DNA from: Raillietiella orientalis
Taxonomy: Eukaryota
DNA: 64,000 nt
NCBI GenBank assembly: GCA_036172245.1
Contig: JAYWIR010000046.1
Coordinates: forward strand, 806,001-870,000
Direction of reading: 5' to 3'
A model generated the notes under the pieces. The model did not search any database, had not been told where the DNA came from, and was given only the letters and a program-made list of their open reading frames with translations. Positions 24,861 to 35,900 of this stretch are shown piece after piece. Positions within the stretch are counted from its first letter, which is position 1. Every line of letters begins with the position of its first letter. The position numbers were made by a program, and so were the translations under genes.

Positions 24861-25834
24861 ACAGAAGTTGCACGCTCGGAGAGATCCTGGAGGATCCGAA
24901 GAAGAGAGCGTGGTCAGGAAGAATCCCTCTCGCTGCTGCGCTGGCCTCCCTAATGGAAGATCTGGACAGCGATGTTGCGGCGAAGTGGGAGGTTACTGTT
25001 ACTATCTCCGGGAAGGAGAAGAAGATAGGAGAATGGAAGACGGGCCAGCTAACAGACGCTGCGACTCCGATTACGCCTCCCCATGCACTTCTGCTCTGGG
25101 TCGCGCTGCTCGATGTTCCGATTGAACATCTGAAGTGGCCCCCGGTGCTCATGAACACTTCCATCCTCCCCTTAAAATGGCAGGAGTCGGCTCTACTGTT
25201 GCAGCACTGGGAACTCCTCTGCAACGCCCGCCGACACCACTGGACCTGGGGAGCTGTGAACCCCAATTGTATTAGGTGTGGGGAACGGGAGTCCTTCCCC
25301 CAGATACTTGTGGATTGTGTTGCCCTCCGGCCCCTTTGGCTACGCTTTGCCGCGGCCATCGGAATCCCCTGCGGCAACCCCAGTGACGCTTTAAAAGTCC
25401 TCTTCGTTGCCGACGCCCTTCGGCCTGCGGCGTCGTTAGCAGCCCTGTGGGATCGTCGCCGCTTGGAGCAAGGCTACGGGAGGACCTCGAGAAAAGGGTG
25501 CCATCCAGCACTCCTTCGAATTTTTGAAGAGTCTCGATGGCCCCACCTGGATCCAAGAATACAGAAAGAGCTTGTCGGCATCCTGCAAGGGATGCAACGG
25601 CCCCAGCAGCAACAGTGATCCCTTTCCGTACTCTCCCACCTTTTCTTTTCTTTTTGTTTAGTTTTTTGTTTATCCCCCTTCCCCCTGCTGCCGTGGTGGA
25701 CCGTACCGGTCTGCGTACCGGTGACCCGGCAGGTTCTGTGTTTCTTCGTGCGTGGCTGGAGCACTGGTCCATCCACAGCACGTCTTTGTTAAAATTTGTT
25801 AATAATAAACGCCCCGGCGATAAACCCGGGTGAA

Positions 25835-26330
25835 AATCGAATGCTTTGCGCAAATCGACCACGACGGCAAAGCCTCCCGACGTTCATCCCGCCTTCTACC
25901 AATTCTTGCTGGTGAGAGGAGAGCTCAAGGTTTCCTTGACCATCCTGAGCAACGCGTTGTCGCAACTGCCACCATGTGCTGGCGAGGAGCAGGTTGTCCT
26001 CCATCGTTCGTTCAGGAACAGCGTAGGTCTGCTAGGGACTGATCACGGATGCAGCACCCGTCCCAAACGCTCAGCCCACAACTTGGCATGCAACTTTGCG
26101 TCCGCATTCACCACTGTGATTGGACGCCAGTTGCCAATGTTGAGCAAGGCTCTGATTTCGAAAGGAGACGTACTCTTGCTGACCGGAACGAGGCGGGAAT
26201 TTCGCCTTGCTCGCGGATCAGCGTACTTAACCTGTGCACCAGGGGGACCAGCTCTGCCGCGAAGCGTTGGTGAAACTCTGCGGGTAGGCCATCATCCCCT
26301 GGTGCCTTCCTCTTTTTTAATCGTGAACGG
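25835..26330 (-). mobile_element. Tx1-like RT N-terminal fragment; upstream half of the split copy
   Basis: NWRPITVVNADAKL...SMEDNL...VVDLRKAFD, ending at 25835. Confidence 0.85.
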
Positions 26331-26649
26331 CTCTGCCAAGCTGGAACGATCTTTCTGAGTATGTATTAGACGTTTGAGCGCTTCAACATTACTTACGACA
26401 TCGATCGAGTTTTGTATTTCGGATTTGATGTGTCGATAAAACGATGCAAGTTAAGAGACAAGCCACGATCAGTTCAAGCAAGCAGGCTGAATTCAATGCT
26501 CACAAAGAATATAGAAATCATACACAAATGAATAAAAGAACAGTTAGGAAGAAACATCCATGCCATGAAAACATGCTGAAAACTGTTAGGTAATTGACTT
26601 CCTTGCGGCTATGAATGCCAGTATCAAGCAAGAGTGTTCCGAAACAACA

Positions 26650-28270
26650 TAATTGTATACAGCAGACTCAACTCAAGCCTTCGTAGACACAAGTACAGCG
26701 CATCAGGCTATTTGGCGAGAAACCTGGACCCATCCTGTTTTCGGCTGCGGAGGTCACCAGAGTTACACTATGATTCTTGAAAACTGGGAAAATCCAAAAG
26801 CGCTGGAGCATACACTCTGCCGTTTTCCAAGAATTCTCACTTAATAGACCTGATTTATATCGTTCTCTTAACCGAGATATTGTGAAGAATTCTGATGTCC
26901 TTATAAAATCATTTTGAGAATTGGTAAAACCCTCCACCACTATGTATTACGATGAACACGAAGGAAAGAATGCATGTCACACTATATTTCACAGTGAACC
27001 GCACACATGTTCCCGATCGACTCATTTACTGCATTTCACTAAAAAGGGGGTGGAATTTACTGCACTTTACCCAAACGTAGCACTTTGAGAGAGATACTTC
27101 AAAATCAATCATTCGGGAGGCTAAAACTATAGATAACAGTTCCAACCAGGCGTAGGAATCTCTTTAAACAAGAATGCCTCAATACCACTCCGAATAAAAA
27201 GAACCATAATCTTGTAAAGAACATTTTGTCGGGAGACACTTGCTACACGTTTTCCATTGCAACGTGGTCATTATAAGTCCGATACGAAGACTCCACATGA
27301 GATATGCTCGTAAGGTGTTCAAATCTCACATGGTAAAATGAGCGGAGAACGAAGACAGTGAACAGCCAAGATCGTTTGAAAAGCTAGAGCGTAACGCGAT
27401 TTCTTTCCGACGCCAAAGGAAAACACAAGCAACGACATTTCACACTCGCGTTCGCGAATCTTTTGTCCGGAAGTCCGTTTTTGCGGACTGTTTTCCATTG
27501 AGTTGGATAAGCAAGACCAAGTTAACTCTGAAACTCCATTGCTATTCTTGCAGGCATGTTCAGCCACTTGGTTGCATGAAAACGTTGCAAGATCCACTTC
27601 CGCGCTCACGGTTTCGAACCAAAAGGTGATTCAAAGATGCAACTTGGTCTCAGTTTCAACAAAAACAAGCACCCTGCCCACAAAAGCTGCAAAGGATGCT
27701 TCCTAGGAGTTCCAGATGTCGCATGTAAGTGCATACTAGAGCATGTGATCATCTAATTCATTTGTTGTTTTATATCACTCTCTTCACCGACAAAGACATT
27801 TTACATTGTACTGCAGGCATCTATCCCACAAGACAGCAGGTCCACACTACCCATAACGTTTTCTCGATTACAAACCACGATTGGCTAGATCTCGCCCACT
27901 TGGTAGCACCACTCACTCATACTTCCATGTACTTCTGGGTTCACTCGCAGTTCGAAGGTGGCAGCCACAAATTGAAGAAAACGCTTGAAAAGCACCGGAC
28001 ACCTTCGAGAATGCACTCCATGCAGACCACTGTGAAAACATCCCCTCCTGCAAACTTTGTACAAACTATGAAAACGCCATCAGTCTGCCAGTGTTCTCCA
28101 AATACATAGAATTCAGAAAGTACACGAGCGATATAAAGTGCAGAGTTGTACTCCGAAACGGAATCCTCACAACCATACCGGACGTTTGTGAAAGCTTCCT
28201 TCCAACCGGACATTTTAAGAACTCGAATTTAACCGTGCAGCATAAGTGTAAACGAAAAGACATGGCCATA
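26650..28270 (+). mobile_element. Possible decayed Penelope-like element; boundaries approximate
   Basis: EFTALYPNV (~27055-27080; cf. DVxSLYxNV), CYTF..GHYK and a later PSCKLC motif; heavily mutated. Confidence 0.3.
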
Positions 28271-30079
28271 TGAAGGCATAAAAATTGAAACTGAAATTAG
28301 CGCTGCTTAGGAACGTGCAACCGAAAGACCGATCAGAAAAATAATGACCTTCCTAATGCAATCAAAATAGAAACCATGATTGTACTAAAACGAGTTTTGT
28401 TACACGATTACAAAATTATAGTCACACATGTCAATAATCAATGCAACATGTAGGTGGTGCTTCCGCACATGATTGTAGACCAAAAATGCCGTGAAGCCTC
28501 AGGAACACGCAAAGAGCATTCCACTGGAAGAGCTCTGCAACGGGTTTAAGCAGATGAGATTAGCTATTCATCTAATTCTAGAATCAGGATGAAATTCGTA
28601 AATAATTCTTCATGCAGACGAATGTAATGAATATGGAGATAGCAGAATGCATCAAAAAATTCGATGTGTAAGCCACTCTGAGCTACAAGAGTGCGGCTGC
28701 CTTTCAGCATCGTCGTTCCTGTAAAAGGCATGTATCATGAACAATGAGAAAACTAGTTGCACAGGTACAAACATCTATATTTGAGTTTCATCTGAAGCGG
28801 AAACCAACTTTACTTTGGATGTGGAGTGTGAAATCTCAGAATAGAAGTCGTTCATCCTTGAAGAGATCAAAGTTCTTTCTAGGCTCAGGGTGCTTCTAAA
28901 GAATGTTTTTGCTATATCTTGCATGCCTGCATAATTCCTTAGAGCATCTTGTGGTTCAGACAAGTGGGAGATGTGGATTCGAAGCGAGCACGAGGATGGA
29001 AGGAACCGAATGCCGTCCCTCTGGGAAGAAGCGCCGCCCAGCGTGACTTCCAAGGCGGTGTGCGAAAGTTCAACATGGCCTTGTTTGGGAATGACCCTGC
29101 TTCCCGCAACTCCGCTCCTCGCAATAGAGAAGCGTCTGTTGCACAACGGAACAAACTGATGCCACTCGATTAATTCGCTGCGGCGACGACCCAGGATGCC
29201 TGCCAGGTGAACGCACCGTTTGGCAATCGGTGGAATCCCGCGGGCGCGGTGAACCGGTCGCTCAGCACGCACCAAGGCCAGCTGCATGCGCGGTTCCCGG
29301 CAGCACATTCGCTGGACAAGGCGCACGCCCGGGGCCAACGCGATTCGGATCCCACATCCGTTCGGGAGATGCCTCGCTTAGGATCCCATTTTTCAGAACG
29401 CGCGCGCGTACACCAGACTGCGTGCCAATAAGCACCTCGAACCTGAAAAGGGTTCGGACACTTGAACGTGAAACGGAGCGCGCGTTTCCGGCACGCTTCA
29501 AGCTGGGAACACGCCTTTCTTCGCCTGCATTAAGACGGAGGACCTGTCCAGGCGAAACAAGGCGTTGCTATGGGCACCTGAAATTTCCTTTCCGTCCTCG
29601 CCTCACGATTCTGCGAATTTAGCTCGCATTCCCTCGAAAAGTGGCTGTCTGTTCGCGCGAAATACGAAAGAAAGTTCGCGCTTCGCACGTGTCGTTCGCA
29701 ATCCGGCGGTCTGCCAGAGCTCGTTGGCACTTGGATGCTGGCTTCGTTGGATTCGAGGAGATCGAAAAGCGAAAGGCCAAGCACCACTTTGCGCCTGCTT
29801 CTTGCCGTCTCACTGCCCCCTGCTCGTTGAAGATTCCAGCTGCTTCTCCAACAGTGCTGCCTCCCCTATACGCCAACAGCATTCGATGGTGTCCTTTTCC
29901 GCAAGTTTCCACAAACGGCCTTCGAGCATGCCCGGCATGCTCAAGACCGACTTTACTTCGACGAAGATTGATGGGCTCGATAAGAATAATCCCGAGTCTT
30001 TTGCAGTGACGTGTCCCAGTCGCATTGCCAGGTACGCCAGTTCGATCCGGTGCTTTGCGAAACAGCATCTTGCTGTCTG

Positions 30080-30445
30080 CAGGCAACATGGGTCATACTG
30101 AACGGGTCGTGCAGGGAAAATGAGGAAAGCAAATCACTGTCCTGGGATTTTACCAGTCGAAACGTGCTTTTTTGATCGCAAAAGCACATTCTGGAATACG
30201 GATATGCATGCACATCAGGCACACCTGACGGATCATTCGCTTTCAACTGTGCGGCATACTTTGGAGATGCAAATGTTTTTTTTTTTTTGAAACTATCTTC
30301 TTCTTTTCAGAAAAGTCATTAGAAAATGCTTTGGTAACGAAGGCAAACTTCAAAAGAAATCATGAGTTACCTGATCCTAAGACTGCTAATACGATTATTC
30401 GCATTCTGTTCAACACATGCTCTTGCTATGAAATAATCTAAAACA
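30080..30445. repeat. Diverged direct duplicate of ~11980-12350 (ALG14 exon 1 plus proximal intron 1)
   Basis: Colinear similarity by eye, including an identical core AAAGAAATCATGAGTTACCTGATCCTAAGACTGCTAATAC and a shared ATCTAAAACA (acceptor on minus). Confidence 0.9.
30371..30404 (-). CDS. ALG14: Second ALG14 first coding exon (MRIIVLAVLGS|G)
   Basis: 34 nt with intact ATG and the same phase-1 GTAACT donor as the 12.3-kb copy; no other ALG14 exons were found next to it. Confidence 0.7.
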
Positions 30446-30845
30446 CGCAAAAGTATTTCTAACAACACGAACAGGGATATGGAAGATTGAAATGCAAACT
30501 TTAGGTTTTGATTATATTTGATGGTATATGGGCAAGATCACATTAAAAGGAACAGTAACGACTGGAAATTTCATTAATTTCACTGTTTTCTGAAAAACCT
30601 ACGGCGCCCAATGAAGTTTTTCTGTTAAAGCTCAAAATAAAATCCTAAAATCACTACCCGAATGAGACTGAATTCACTAGCTGCATTCAACAATAGCATA
30701 ATCAAATATTACTATGGCAACTCTATACATTTGGAATCGGTAATAATACTTAGCTTGCAATCATGGAAACTTTTAAAACAGTTTTTAGTTCTGCTTGCAC
30801 TAAAATATCGCACATTTCGTTTCCAATTTCTCCTTCTACAAAATC

Positions 30846-32954
30846 ATGTGTTCTCGAGATCTATCAGCTGAAGGGAATGATTCCAGGACTCTTTGCATTA
30901 ACAAACAGAAAAATTCCAGAACTTGCATTGCAGGAAATAAAAGAATTCAAACTACCTGTATGCCAAATAGAATAAGCTGTTGCAATTCGCATCATGTGAC
31001 TAATAGGCCTTCCAGAAATCATGAAGACAATCATTTAAGACAAGTTGCAAGTTTGCACAGAAAACACACTAACAAAGAAAATGATATTTTAAAATATACT
31101 TCAATTCTCGGTAAATCGGAATTCAAGGAACAGAACTCGCCTTCTTGCACTTCAACAGAATGTGAGATTTCTGGATGGTGTACCTCTCAAATGAATAGTG
31201 GACATAGATTGCTGAACTCTCAGGCAGATAAGATCATTCCCTACCAAGAATGTAGCCCACAAGATACAAATGAAGTAGTACTGTAAGTCATGGCACTAGA
31301 AAGATTCACTAATAATAGACTACAATGTTTTGAAAAAATGCTGATCTTTTATAGATGTACCCATACTAGTATTATTAGGATTAAGAAACTAATTCTGAAC
31401 AAAGTAGCAAGCAAATAATACAATGGATGTTTTCAGAAATTGTTCCATGAAGACTTGTGTCCTATAAATTAAGATAATACAATACACTTTAATTTTTTTT
31501 CAAGGTTTGCTATTCTTCCAGAGAACAGCACTTTGTAATTAAATGTTTCTGAGATGTACAGAAACCATCTATAAAAAAATCATTGTTTGGATTAGTTATT
31601 TAAATCTATTACGAAAATGTTCATATCAAACATCCATTCTGCATGCCTGACCACATTGTATAAAATACTGTACAGACAGAAATCATGCCGACATACTTGA
31701 AGCTTATTAATTTTTCAGAATTCCTAACTATTGCTGTGGAAATGAGGATCTATGCAAGCCAGCATCTCAAAACAGGAGAGATACAACTTGTGAGCTCCGA
31801 AGAGCAAAGGTATGGGAAAGATTAATACCATTGAAAATATGAATTCCTACATAAGTAACCTAATTTGTAAAGCATTTCATGAGTAAAATCCGTTGTTTAA
31901 TCTCCATTAAGATAAATAAAGGTTACACACTAACCACCACAATACAAGAGTTTTCGAAAACTGTAGAAAGAATTCTCATCACATAGGAAGAAAGGCTTAT
32001 TTTGGATGGAAAACTACGTGTGATCAACACAAAAGTGCAGCTGCTGGAGATTTTGAATTCTCTTATGAAAGAACGAGCTGATATCCTGCAAAACCTTGTC
32101 TCCAATCCAGAAAACATTGATGTAAGTGCAAATCAGTTATCCCACCTGTACAACTCAGACCTTTAATTAGGAATACAGATGTAAATCGAACAGATTCCTC
32201 ATCACTATTAACCGGAATCTAAAAGAACTTTGCCAAATCCGAGCTGATGCACTTCAAAACCAAGTAAGTTCGTCAACGGTTTCCTCTCTACACATTGGAA
32301 TCAAGATATCGAACTGATCGTCTAATGCGTGTTACTTGCAGAAGGCCTTACAGAAAAATTCTAATGCCATCAAACTACAACATGAAAATCTTAAAGAGGC
32401 CAAAAAAATATTTGCTGCTGAAGTATCTGCAACCGTAACACGTCACAATCAAAAAAAATGCACATTCATAAGATTGCAAGTAAGGCAATATTGCAAAGAT
32501 CATTCTGCAGCTCTTTATGCAGTGGTACCACTTTTAAACTGAAATTGTTTCACCCATGTATAGGTTGATGGATTCTTTCGCAATGTTTGGAATAAACAGA
32601 AGGGGCTTTTAGGAATAGCCCTGGTAGAACTATCTAAGTACTTTAGACAGCTCCTTCAGAAAGAGAAAATTACACCAGCTGAAGACCTTAATGCAGCAAT
32701 AGAACAGATAAGAGAAAATAAATGCCATATCGAGAATTATGAGTTCACCACCACGGAAAAGTAAATAGCCCCATGACCGATGATAGCATCATGAATATGT
32801 TTCCAGATTCTATTCGGACTTTGATAATGAACAACTGCACTGGTTTCTGACTGTTGGAACGCTGCTGCTGAAATTAGATCCCTCAGATTTCCAACGATGG
32901 AAAATGCTTCTGGAGAGCTCGATAAACGCTGAAGAAACAAAAAAAGATAATTAG
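30846..32954 (+). CDS. Uncharacterised ~400-aa protein, 7 exons (30846-31282, 31719-31809, 31987-32121, 32171-32263, 32342-32479, 32564-32760, 32807-32954)
   Basis: Six consecutive GT-AG introns give one stop-free frame ending ...KMLLESSINAEETKKDN*. The start codon and the exon-5 donor (32422 or 32479) are uncertain. Confidence 0.75.
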
Positions 32955-35900
32955 AGCAACAATATATCAATCTCCATATTGTTACTTGTTTTTATTGAGG
33001 AAACTTTATAAACCAATTCATCAATGTTATTTACAACACCTTAAGTTAATTTGGTAGATTTACGAATTTAACTGGTGTAACTTAACAAATTGAACAAGGA
33101 AACAGGCTATTTTGAAAACCTCTCAGGAAGAAAACAGTACAGAAAACAACTGAATCCTACCACCGAAGATGAGAAAGTCAAAATTTTGTATTGAACGTGC
33201 GGGTGTATTTCGAGAATTTGCGATTCTTTTCGAGAACTACATTATGTAGAATGAAATTCGAAATTTTCCAGGTTCGTCGCTTGCATTTCACCATGCATTT
33301 CTTGTGTTCACTTTTAAGCATTCTAATACCGTTTTAGCATTACAAATAATATTTGAATGTGTCCCTTATTAACTTAGAAATCCAACTACATTTTAAATTT
33401 TGTAATGCATTGAAGAAAAAAAAAGACGCTGCAATTTTTTCATGAATTCTTGATGAAGGACCTGAAAGTGAATGCGAAGAAACAGGAAAATAGAAATACC
33501 CATGAATTCTTCAGCTTTGGATAGAGATGAAATATATCTGTGTCATAGAAAACAAGTCGATACATTGTTGTTTATATCCAAGTATCTAAAGTTTTCGAGA
33601 ACATTAAAAAAATGCACTCTTAAACCATACATGCAATGCTGCAATGCTGCAAAAATCTTTGTTTCTGTTTCTGAGCAATATCTCTAGTCTTCAAAACTAG
33701 AGAAATAGCTATGAAGACTAGTCTATAGTCTTCGAACTTCAAAATACCGATAAAAATCATTGATTCAAAGCAATATGTTTTCAAGTCGTGGATCTTGCTA
33801 GTGCAATTCTCTCACTGATAGCATTTACTTTAGGAAAAGTTAATAGACCTGGATTCACTAAAGGATGCACAAGCTACTTTTGTGAACAGTGCCGAAGAGC
33901 AGATGAACATGGACAGTAGAAGACATAATTCATCACCCAAATGTTGCTAGGATTTAGGAAACAAAATAAGTACGAAGTGAACTTCACGTCAGCTATAATT
34001 TCAGCGACTACCGAATATCATCAGATATAGTAACTAATCGCTTCAATCTAAAATAATGGGAAGAATATACCTTGAGGAATACAATCACATCAGGTGCTGA
34101 TTGCTAATGTTTCAGAGTTTTTACTAGATGAATCCATACAAAGGATTGATAACGCGACCACTAATAAGAGGAAGTCATTAGAAACATAACATTGATTCCC
34201 TTGAACTAGTTTTCAGAATTCTTTACAATATACATCTTGTACATGGACCATAGAGGAAACGCTTTTAACTTATTATGGTGGAGTTCAAAAAAAGATTCCT
34301 TTGTTTCAATGATAGTTATTCATGAGATTATTACTAATGGAACAAGGGTTGTTCTTGAGTTGAGAATGCAAACGAATAATCCCCGGCATTAAGTTGACTA
34401 TGAAACATATCTAGTAGGACGAATGTTTACATTATCTGTTTCGAACCGGAATAAGAGGCCCTCGCAATTGAAAGCAGTAATGATGGAACCAGGTGTTTTA
34501 GTTAGTGTTGACTAATTCGTTTAATTGCATGGAATCTTGCTATGCATTTTGAGACTTCGTTTGCTGTTCATCTCAATAGTTTAAAAGGCCTTCGATGATT
34601 TAGAGGAACTGAGTAACAAACTTAGAAAACGAATTTCCTTAACGCCATCTAGCTACTTAATTAACGATTTCATTACAATGAACTCAGCCACGTAGAGATA
34701 ATAGTCATTTCATTCTCTTGAGAATCTTTCGAGCCAAAAAAATCAATACATCTGAAGCTCAACGAAGTTGGAAGGTTTATACCAATTCTTTATTAGCGAC
34801 AAAACATGTGTATGAGTATTTCGTGTATGTTAATATGAAATGATGAATTATTTAATAATCCTGTAAAGGAAACTGATATCTTTTTCAAATGCATGATTCG
34901 TATAATATCAAAAAAAAAAAAAAAAAGTGTTTACTGTTTACCAAATACAAGCATAAAAATGCTTCGTAGCATGATAGTTTTATTTTTTTTGCACGTGTTT
35001 GTTGTATTATTTATAATCGAATACTTCACTTTGTCCACGTTAATTTTAAAAAACTAAGTCATTGCTTGCTATCATATATGAAATCGAGATTTTCAGTTTG
35101 CTTGTAATGAAAAATTTTCGTGCTTGTTTGTTACGCCCACTTGAAACGATTTCACCTTCTTGTGCGTTTCCTTTTCGAATATAGCAATTTCTAAGTGACA
35201 GCTTAATTTCGGATGGGGCGAAGGATTTTGAGATTTTGTCTCGATAAATCGTGCTTTCTAACCATCACGCAATCCAGTTTGTTTCTTCTCCTTAGCTCAC
35301 GAAGCAAAAGATAGATGACTCTCACTGACGCTGTTGAAGTTTACAAACCCACGTTAGCGAAGCCATCGATGATTGCAGGTGTTCTTCCGCAAGACGGAAA
35401 ATGGGTACGCCTGCGTCACATGTTATTTCACAGCAAGTTTCCAACGGCAGTTACCGTAAGAATTTAGGTAGCTTCGGAGTTATGAAACAAAGTGCTACAA
35501 TTTTGTGAAAGCTAATTCCTTCAGAGTCCTTAGTGTCTTCACATTTTCGTACTATTGATGTAAAAAAGAAAACCTCAATAGTTTTCCTTCCCCCCTCTGC
35601 CCCCTGTCCCACAGCTTTGAGAAACATGGCTAGTACGGTTGTATAAAAACTGGTTGGATCAACAACCGCATAAGCCAGCAAACGGGATCCTACTGTGTAA
35701 CTGCAAAACGTCTTGTTTGTCGTACATCTGTTTCTTTGCATTCTCGGGAGTTAACTGTCGGATTGCAAAATCCTTCGTTGCTCATCTGAGCACTTTATTT
35801 TATTTTATTCTTCTTCCAGTCTAGAGCAGCTGGGTGAACTTTGTTTTTAAAAATACCGACTCATTTTTCTCCTCTTCTGAGAAAGATACATTCTAGCTAT

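Larger units (their letters stand above)
18542..25834 (+). mobile_element. Near-full-length, inactivated L1/Tx1-like retrotransposon (ORF1, partial APE, RT, CCHC finger, 3' hairpin) carrying two nested insertions
   Basis: ORF1 knuckles; APE motifs GGNFN, VDHVF and SDH; RT motifs KAPGEDGL, NWRPI, KAFD, QGDSLSP and YADD. ORF2 resumes after the nested copy (GLYRSCT|LGEILED) and runs to 25618. Confidence 0.88.
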
